From IMG/VR virus record IMGVR_UViG_3300030098_002487, positions 1 through 34,788 of that record: 34,788 bases of DNA, one strand, 5' to 3'. The notes beneath the pieces were generated by a model. It had not been told where the DNA came from. It saw nothing but the letters and a program-made list of their open reading frames with translations, and did no database searches. Both the position numbers and the translations under genes were made by a program. Origin of the DNA: a virus. Taxonomy: Duplodnaviria; Caudoviricetes. Below are positions 29,301-34,788 of the stretch, one piece after another (the first letter of the stretch is position 1; each line of letters starts with the position of its first letter).

Positions 29301-32300
29301 AATCCTAAATCTGTTTTAGCTAAACCTTATAATCTACCTAAAGACGAATCGTCTAACGCTAGAAGTAGATTAGCATTTTTAGCGTCAACAGATAATTATT
29401 ATTATAGCAATAGAGGTGTTGTTCAAAAAGTAAGAGCTAGAAATCCTCAAGAAGCGTTAGTGTTAGCAAAAGATCAAAGTGGTAGAACTGATTTAAAAGT
29501 TTCTGATTTACAAATAGAAAATATAGGTGGTATAAAAGGCATACTTAAGTCTATACTTCCACCTTTGCAGTATAATCAATTTACTAAAAAATCTCTTAAA
29601 ATAAATAAAGCAACACTTACAGCTTTATACAAAGACATGGACATAAGGGTTCCAAATATAAAAGGAAAGGTTCTTAATGTTGACAATATGACTGACGCTG
29701 ATATATTATCTGCATTTGGTATAAACCCTGATTTTACATTAATGCCACATAATAGAAAATATGATGGTCTTATTAAGGGCGCGATAAAACAAACTTCTGT
29801 ATTTACGTTAAACCAATCCGCAAGAGAGGCTCAAGGAGATGCTGTTTCTGATATAAGTAAAAGTAGGCCAGGGTCCGCTGTTATTCAAGGTGGTATTGAT
29901 GTAATGTTTAGCAAGGCTGATGCAGAAATTGCTGCTAAATGGAAGCAGGGAGATACTTATTTTGAAATAAATAATAGAGATGCGGCTTTAAGATATGTTA
30001 ATGTTGAGGTCCCTAAAATAATAGAAGTATTTAAAGACTATCCAGGATTATTAACTGGTAACGAATTAGTTAATGGGCTACAAGCTATAAAAAATAAAGA
30101 TCTTAAACAAATACTAAGAGATGGGGTAAAAGTATATGACGAAATAAAAGTTAGAGGTAAGTATCCTAAAAGAGATTTTGCGAAATTTGTAGGAAACACC
30201 GCTGCAAAAATGGATCCAGTTAAAATAGCAGAATTTAATAGACAATCTGAAATTAATTTTGATGCGCATTGGACAGCTATTGATAAAGCATTGCAAAAAG
30301 ATCCTAAATTACTAGGACCTATACTTATTTACTTAAGTAATGCTGTTAGTTCAAAAACACACGTTCATAGGTCTGGCGCTAAGTTTACATATTACGATAA
30401 CACTACAAATGAAAAACTTTATTTAGAGCACGCTTTGCAAAACGTAAACGCATATAGAACATTGATTGACGCTTCGATGAGCGATAAAACTAAAAATAGA
30501 AAGAATTTTAAATTAGCGTTAAATCAATTAAAGAAAAATTATAACTTAATAGCTGTTCGTAAAGCAGATAATACTAAATTAGACAACGCTAAATATCCAG
30601 ATGAAAATGGGAATTTAATATCGTTTAAAAACGGAATGGGATTAAATTGGAATATATTTGACAATATTTGGACGGAAAGATATTTTAACGAGTTTGTAGC
30701 TAAAATGTTTGGGGGTGGTACTTACGGTATAAATCCTAATAATTTTATTAATCCAGAAACTGGAAAAACGTTAGCAGAAGATTTTAATATAAACGAAAGT
30801 GGTGATATAAGATTTTCAAAACCAATAAATGAAAGAAAATCTCAACAAAATTCAAATGATGCTTTTGAAAATAAAATTTTATTTAGTAAAACAAATAAAA
30901 AACGGGGAATGTCAACGTTTGATTTTGATGATACTTTAAGTTACACTAAATCTGGCGTTAGAGTAATAATGCCAAACTTAGATGGTAAACCTAAGCCAAA
31001 AAGAAAAGTTATATTTTTAGCTGGTGGCGCGGGTAGTGGTAAGGGTAATGTTATAAGGAAGTTAGGTTTAGAAAAACAAGGTTTTAAAATAGTAAATTCT
31101 GATATATCATTAGAATGGTTAAAAAAGAATCATGGGTTACCTGAAGATATGAGAGAGTTAACAAAAGAACAAAGAAGTATATTAGGTAAACTAGGCCACC
31201 AAGCTAGAGGTATTGCTAAAAATAAAATGATGAAATATCAAGGTAATGCTGATGGGGTTGTTATTGATGGGACGGGTGGGTCTATAAAAACAATGGAAAA
31301 ACTTGTTAATGAATTCAAGGATAAAGGTTATGACGTTAGTATGCTATTTGTTGATACTTCTTTAGATGTTGCTTTAGAAAGAAACAAAAAAAGAAAGGAA
31401 AGATCTTTATTAAGTGTTATTGTTAGACGTAATCATGAGGCGGTACAAGGTAATAAGGCCGGATTTAAAGATATGTTTGGGGATAGATTTATGGAAGTTA
31501 ATACAGACAACTTAACTATGGATAGCACAATGCCCCCACAGCTCGTCGACCAAATGAATGATTTTGTTTTTAGTTATGAAAAACGTAGAATTGATGCTGC
31601 TGAGTTTGCGGAACAAGGGGATACTATTTTAGAACAAGGTGGTGAATTTGATTTTTCAGAATTTGATAGGGTTATTGATGGTAAGCCGGGTCCTTTATTA
31701 GACAAAGCAAAAGCAAGAGCTAAAAAATATGGAACTAAAGACATGTTTGTATTAACGGCAAGAACACAAAAGTCCGCACAAGCTATACATGAATTTTTAA
31801 AATCTCAAGGATTAAATATACCAATAGAAAACATAACCGGTTTAGCAAACAGTACAGCTAGCGCAAAAGCAGAGTGGTTTTTAGAAAAGTTTGCTGAAGG
31901 TTACAATGACATGTATTTTGTTGATGATGCTTTAGCTAACGTTGATGCTGTTAAAAAAGTTTTAAATCAATTAGATGTTAAGTCAAATGTTGTACAGGCT
32001 AAAGTAAAGTTTAGTAAAACAGCTAGCAATGATTTTAATAATATGATTGAAAGAACAAAAGGTGTTGATGCTAAAAAGATTTTTTCTTATGCAGAGGCTA
32101 GAAAAAGAGGCGCTCAGCCAAATATAGTAAGATCTTTAAAAAGCTTGTATATACCGCCATCAGCAGAAGACTTTAAAGGATTAATGTATTATTTTTTAGG
32201 CAAAGGAAAACAAGGAGAGCAAGATTTAAAGTTTTTTAAAGATAATTTATTTACACCTTTTGCAGAAGGAATAAGAGCTTGGAATATGTATAAGCAAAGT

Positions 32301-34415
32301 ATGGTAAAAGATTATAAGGCTTTATTAAAAAGCTTACCAATAAATATAAATCAAAAGGTAACTGGAACAAACTTTACAAACGATACCGCTATACGTGTTT
32401 ATTTATGGAATAAAAATGGATTTAATATACCAGGTATTTCTAAAACATTACAAGCTAAACTAATGGCACATGTTAATAACCACAGAGATATAAAGAGGTT
32501 TGCTGATAATTTATCTAATATAACAAAAAGAAAAGATGGTTACGTGAAGCCTAGCGAAAATTGGATGGTTGAAACTATTGCAACAGATTTAAATAATATT
32601 GTCAATAAAGTTGGTAGAAAAGAATTTTTATCAGAATGGATAAATAATAAAGATATAATATTTTCTAAAGAAAATATGAATAAAATAAGAGCGTTGTACG
32701 GTGATAGCTTTACTGAAGCGTTAGAAAATATATTATATCGTATGGAAAATGGTGGTAATAGAAGAGTTAGCACTGACAAGAATACTAATAGATTAGTAAA
32801 TTGGATTAATGACTCTGTTGGAGCTATTATGTTTTTTAATATGAGATCTGCTATACTTCAAACTATATCTACAGTTAATTTTATGAATTGGGGCGATAAT
32901 AATATATTTAAAGCATCAGCGGCATTTGCTAATCAACCTCAATTTTGGAAAGACTTTGTAACTTTATTTAATTCTGATCAATTAAAACAAAGAAGAGCTG
33001 GGTTGCAAATAGATGTATCAGCGTCGGAGCTAACTAAGTCTTTTTCAGAAGGTGGATACAACCCTCAAACTGTAATTAATTACTTACTTCAAATAGGTTT
33101 TAAGCCAACTCAAATCGCGGATAGTTTTGCTATAGCTTTTGGTGGTGCTAGTTTTTTTAGAAATCGATATAATACGTATATTAAAAAAGGAATGTCAGAA
33201 ACCGCAGCTAGAGAACAAGCTATGTTAGATTTTCAAGAAGTTGCAGAAGAAACACAACAATCATCAAGAGAAGATTTAATATCACAGCAACAAGCTAGTC
33301 CATTAGGTCGTATAATATTAGCCTTTCAAAACGTTACAATGCAGATGGGTAGATTAACTAAAAAAGGCTTATCTGATATTGTTAATGGTAGAGGGGATAT
33401 GAAAACAAATATTTCCAAAGTAATATATTACGGTGTTGTTCAAAATATAGTATTTGCCGCGTTGCAATCTGCTCTTGCTATGATAATGTGGGGTGATGAT
33501 GAAGAAGAAATTGAAAACAGAAAAGTTAGAGCCGCTAATCAAGCTTTAGATTCATTTTTACGAGGTACTGGTTTATATGGAGCAGCAGTATCAACGTTAA
33601 AAAATATTATTATACAGTGGGATATACAATCTAAAAAGGGTTATGGACAGCAAGACGCTAGTAAAATAGCACTAGAAGCAATTAATCTTTCTCCACCAAT
33701 TGGTAGTAAAATAAGAAAAATAGTAAACGCTTTTAAAACTATACAATACAACGAAGGTGTCTCTGATGAGTTAGGCTGGAGAGTTGAAAACCCAAAACTA
33801 CACGCGGCAGCTGCTATTACGGAAGCTTTATTTAATATTCCATTAGAAAGAGTTATTAGAAAAGCTAATAATATAGAAGAAGGAATAACTGGAGATCATT
33901 TAATGTGGCAAAGGATAGCTTTACTTTCAGGCTGGAATCATTGGTCAATAGGTGTTAAAGACGAAGAATTAGAAGAAGCAAAATCTGAAGCTAAAAGAAA
34001 AAGAAAAGAGAAAAAGAAAAAGAAAAATCAAACGCCAGTACCAAATTCTGAAATTGAAGTTTTAGAAGAACAAATACAAGATAATAAAAATAGTGTTGAA
34101 GTTGTTGAAGATGCTGTAAAAACTGAAGAAGTCAAAAAAGAAGAAAAAGAAGAAAAGGAAAAAGTAGAAGAAAAAGAAAAGAAACCTAAAAAAATTAGAT
34201 GTTCTGGAATTAGAACAAATGGCCAGAGGTGTGGTATGACAACCCAATCAGGTGGTAAAAACTGGAAATGCGTTCATCATAGAGAATTTAAAGACGGTAG
34301 TGATACGGATGGTGATGGATTGAAAGAATACAGGTGCACAGCTACTAAAACTAATGGTGAAAGGTGTAAAAACAAAACAGAGAACAAAAATAAAAAATGT
34401 TATGCTCATCAATAA
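23373..34415 (+). CDS. Giant polyvalent internal virion/ejection protein (zincin peptidase, sigma70 region-2-like, HAD phosphatase with inserted P-loop kinase, CCCH fingers)
   Basis: Uninterrupted 3680-aa ORF containing HELFH..EEAMA; QLIKNNLGLA..WDPAANDSFGTYA; DFDDTL..VLTAR..K..FVDD; AGGAGSGKG..IVNSD..VVIDGTG..ALERNKKR; and two C-x9-C-x10/12-C-x2-H motifs. Confidence 0.75.
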   Translation: MKNLKYELLIDGKKEIAYVNPEKKENFLEKHTNNFPVEIINDEELDFKIKSNKVIQANEDPSLGKFKGTSLSQPITTVDTESNLEDTSSDYIIDVEDYDFSSLPSSKSNLPYDDGGSANDFENKSSTGDTQEINNTGETLGDDQIRFNELFKKYNKENLSYEEFYNWLAPGWKRKGGPGGREILQPGPGGKVQYGEKLRGDEFNIFGISDKTMSFQGLAKNQFIQKQIDQGSSKTDAETMWYELVFLHDIYLNTAKMHDLKEGMSIGRYNVPRYFKEKASDDLTTEINELEEVSLLEQTNTFLPTVNGELYSYELHDPIIAQDINNSFDKFLTENVTYNFAEFQTTQNEDWKIFQKSDEFKPILKNVLKKVEKKFKKETQLFNQKFEKEFQLIKESVNKQIEKKFPNGKCGTHVPSLSQVKSGNLDPSWASNPVRTDCWNPEDLEKFNDILKQEGKKLEKKLGWDDLINQKTIFQNELLEKNKVYLNFKEKQTTEGEKFIDNAFQVFFAKYKPTLTYWEKEDLTDIARELNQLEEGRLEPTEKRIWLNGKLEQRLAGAALGEDEKELLKEEYWRYFYHLFRQEEVRTDAPDRYYFTQARIVADSRGTRKVPGRKMDKATDGIDNDKDGLIDKEDPDWDGAITFEVKDSQFFRETVADHLIITAKDSLEENQNAIIGSGYTLNHDWLRDWEAGKSISGREAFLNSNNEGLSKPHHASGGGKKIIKSMVNSQYGTRVATYDPDKKIIHANSQLTWNGKNFSFDDGSGPHSMYEIKEWTGDLENIKALLYDEMLDSGFTEKDIEKLIKGETIYIQKRSHHKVKKLKKWEIKELGYNPKDYKLIAVSPETINSIVASRYKQHHSNLYHNVSDYAYDIKNTPEDLADHGFFSGLTSLKLEQYLPIFSGIIDYQKKSTIKKISDKVKEVGKENLSEMEKMVLLAYTVNNLTQGYIQDNATTRYKAGVSTAHSLPFMMEFIIGSPLYSAARKVVATSMFNVIAKRSTSKFLLGSTQAAKITSKTGKFSMNQNYRIQYTTARGGTRYIESGLVNNVATVLALNAQTMGVGAPRIMANYAENLTEDFLFHLSDGYMDVVSAFDEQGKKMGLKPIQETMWSAFKKAYGVQFAEVFTERVVGAQFMRFGTYATKRMFRPGSMLGNLTRDNDFLSRITFSHISRRLKLHRWHNRPSEMAKQFFKVSSYNNIFGEVFEEFFNMPLQNWIMGQGPLWQGIRKYDQFGNDLGWDTDTMGQIMLSSTFMSTTMASTGALITGPRNKYAPTYYVNRRRFLTEKEAMNYLQTLQNQGRLTEKTDIEVVNNFDATTNFRNFLQKNGFNPDQVKNDTYKKVEAARVAAEIELLSNTESQEVRSELESIQQEISNEKNKPPNLKDQKKIDKLLKRKFDLLKDTKKFLLKDPNSIFYKNRKLYKKTVKNVKKIVDQIPGNDDLEIVETLNSIEAETAYLRELGFERKEDGNIYYIKDGKILENQKITDQEGNSISIETLIDEARTAHGFFINNTKTGKQKLILNEDLAITKGGSTVASHELFHFYLKKLLGDNIEVRLALGQSFMKYVNGIDPRSVADSGFRERLKQYLDKDVAEQSEEAMALFLDAISTGALQFNEGTFAKLGDIFRHLGGKAGTNLTFKNGRDVYNFIKEFHENVKRGKLSDKLMQAFNDNIEKKYKISGEIQRLVEQNQSLIEDVKKLENQYKDIDITTIFSKPVLGSLKARSKKEIKEENKEIYNDIKDQYGALLEKNPNITLKEVYNLPENQYLKDQLIKNNLGLAIERAETAARVGRGLNLEEKKIVGFNEFLSGYLSELVQLVNTWDPAANDSFGTYAGGILRLRYGQILDKAKSSQAVSLQLETSEGTVDRQIAAQTERRVEDFEDQPILEQQLNIRRGKVKFAPKLKFVRGQVDFSPTTNNAIGKVIKKIKYKTTGKYYEDVQQDVTSQINEKASTPKQVQPTGVAYDILKAVSNEFGVNPKSVLAKPYNLPKDESSNARSRLAFLASTDNYYYSNRGVVQKVRARNPQEALVLAKDQSGRTDLKVSDLQIENIGGIKGILKSILPPLQYNQFTKKSLKINKATLTALYKDMDIRVPNIKGKVLNVDNMTDADILSAFGINPDFTLMPHNRKYDGLIKGAIKQTSVFTLNQSAREAQGDAVSDISKSRPGSAVIQGGIDVMFSKADAEIAAKWKQGDTYFEINNRDAALRYVNVEVPKIIEVFKDYPGLLTGNELVNGLQAIKNKDLKQILRDGVKVYDEIKVRGKYPKRDFAKFVGNTAAKMDPVKIAEFNRQSEINFDAHWTAIDKALQKDPKLLGPILIYLSNAVSSKTHVHRSGAKFTYYDNTTNEKLYLEHALQNVNAYRTLIDASMSDKTKNRKNFKLALNQLKKNYNLIAVRKADNTKLDNAKYPDENGNLISFKNGMGLNWNIFDNIWTERYFNEFVAKMFGGGTYGINPNNFINPETGKTLAEDFNINESGDIRFSKPINERKSQQNSNDAFENKILFSKTNKKRGMSTFDFDDTLSYTKSGVRVIMPNLDGKPKPKRKVIFLAGGAGSGKGNVIRKLGLEKQGFKIVNSDISLEWLKKNHGLPEDMRELTKEQRSILGKLGHQARGIAKNKMMKYQGNADGVVIDGTGGSIKTMEKLVNEFKDKGYDVSMLFVDTSLDVALERNKKRKERSLLSVIVRRNHEAVQGNKAGFKDMFGDRFMEVNTDNLTMDSTMPPQLVDQMNDFVFSYEKRRIDAAEFAEQGDTILEQGGEFDFSEFDRVIDGKPGPLLDKAKARAKKYGTKDMFVLTARTQKSAQAIHEFLKSQGLNIPIENITGLANSTASAKAEWFLEKFAEGYNDMYFVDDALANVDAVKKVLNQLDVKSNVVQAKVKFSKTASNDFNNMIERTKGVDAKKIFSYAEARKRGAQPNIVRSLKSLYIPPSAEDFKGLMYYFLGKGKQGEQDLKFFKDNLFTPFAEGIRAWNMYKQSMVKDYKALLKSLPININQKVTGTNFTNDTAIRVYLWNKNGFNIPGISKTLQAKLMAHVNNHRDIKRFADNLSNITKRKDGYVKPSENWMVETIATDLNNIVNKVGRKEFLSEWINNKDIIFSKENMNKIRALYGDSFTEALENILYRMENGGNRRVSTDKNTNRLVNWINDSVGAIMFFNMRSAILQTISTVNFMNWGDNNIFKASAAFANQPQFWKDFVTLFNSDQLKQRRAGLQIDVSASELTKSFSEGGYNPQTVINYLLQIGFKPTQIADSFAIAFGGASFFRNRYNTYIKKGMSETAAREQAMLDFQEVAEETQQSSREDLISQQQASPLGRIILAFQNVTMQMGRLTKKGLSDIVNGRGDMKTNISKVIYYGVVQNIVFAALQSALAMIMWGDDEEEIENRKVRAANQALDSFLRGTGLYGAAVSTLKNIIIQWDIQSKKGYGQQDASKIALEAINLSPPIGSKIRKIVNAFKTIQYNEGVSDELGWRVENPKLHAAAAITEALFNIPLERVIRKANNIEEGITGDHLMWQRIALLSGWNHWSIGVKDEELEEAKSEAKRKRKEKKKKKNQTPVPNSEIEVLEEQIQDNKNSVEVVEDAVKTEEVKKEEKEEKEKVEEKEKKPKKIRCSGIRTNGQRCGMTTQSGGKNWKCVHHREFKDGSDTDGDGLKEYRCTATKTNGERCKNKTENKNKKCYAHQ

Positions 34416-34418
34416 ACG

Positions 34419-34437
34419 TGTAATAATACTAGTATAA
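34419..34437 (+). promoter_or_regulatory. Degenerate copy of the candidate promoter (TGTAATAATACTAGTATAA)
   Basis: Shares the TGTAAnnATA core with the two exact copies; intergenic, just upstream of the ATG at 34454. Confidence 0.4.
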
Positions 34438-34453
34438 CCAAATTAGAAAAAAT

Positions 34454-34729
34454 ATGATTAATACTATTAAAGAATTCATTTTTAATGGAATGGTAACGTT
34501 AAAATCGTTGTTAACATTAGAATGGATTAATTTTAAAAACTGGAAAGAATGGACCTCGTTAAGAATGATGTACTTCGTTATAACTATGTATATGATGTTA
34601 GGCATGTTCTTTGGTTTCTTCGGAGGAGAGATATGGTGCACAATGTATTTTGCTATCTGTTGTTTCTTTAAAGTAGAACCTATAATGTGGTTATTGTGTA
34701 AGATGGGATTTTCTAAAACTAAAATATAA
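34454..34729 (+). CDS. Small membrane protein, hypothetical
   Basis: Two hydrophobic segments rich in M/F/W/C; same strand as the cluster, with an A-rich leader. Confidence 0.55.
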   Translation: MINTIKEFIFNGMVTLKSLLTLEWINFKNWKEWTSLRMMYFVITMYMMLGMFFGFFGGEIWCTMYFAICCFFKVEPIMWLLCKMGFSKTKI

Positions 34730-34734
34730 TTGAT

Positions 34735-34788
34735 ATGAATTGGATAAACTCTTGGAATGCAGGAAATAAAAAAGAAGTATACGAATTG
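34735..34788 (+). CDS. 5' end of a hypothetical protein (partial)
   Basis: ATG 5 nt after the previous stop, open to the window end (MNWINSWNAGNKKEVYEL). Confidence 0.5.
   Translation, partial: MNWINSWNAGNKKEVYEL

Noticed and set aside
30918-30938. FDFDDT as the catalytic DxDxD of a crAss-like virion RNA polymerase
   Set aside because: The motif is DxDxT, followed by HAD motifs II-IV. No DFDxD or double-psi-barrel context is evident anywhere in the protein.
33960-34195. Purine-rich low-complexity tract
   Set aside because: It encodes the K/E-rich linker before the CCCH fingers and has no regular repeat unit.
37-34641. Short minus-strand and alternate-frame ORFs in the track (e.g. 37-261, 114-323, 4271-4588, 15166-15471, 25564-25773, 34062-34247, 34429-34641)
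   Set aside because: They overlap longer, coherent + strand genes and have shadow-ORF composition with no recognisable motifs.
1-34788. CRISPR array, tRNA, intron/intein, integrase or DGR
   Set aside because: Intergenic gaps are at most about 100 nt. I saw no spaced repeats, cloverleafs, intein termini, or reverse transcriptase or recombinase motifs by eye.

Overview
The window is the virion-morphogenesis half of an AT-rich tailed dsDNA phage, with all genes on the + strand, tightly packed and read in the standard code. The order is holin-like gene, small structural ORFs, a tandem GroES-like protein, terminase, portal, scaffold, major capsid protein, head-tail and tail ring proteins, a 2117-aa tail stabilization/muzzle-type protein, tail accessory proteins, a cupin, two probable ejection proteins and a 3680-aa giant protein. 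No tape-measure or sheath gene is evident, so the virion is probably podovirus-like. Start contexts without Shine-Dalgarno motifs (TAATTATG-type), an SprB-like repeat and the gene order suggest a Bacteroidota/Flavobacteriia host and kinship with marine flavobacterial or crAss-related podoviruses (inference, no search run). The most interesting object is the giant protein, which reads as a polyvalent ejected protein. It carries an HExxH zincin peptidase, a sigma70 region-2-like domain, a possible His-Me nuclease, a HAD phosphatase with a zeta-toxin-like P-loop kinase nested inside it, a helical C-terminal domain and two CCCH fingers. A recurring FSK tripeptide marks most module borders, hinting at a self-processing polyprotein. 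An exact 20-bp intergenic repeat is a candidate phage promoter. All domain calls come from reading motifs by eye.
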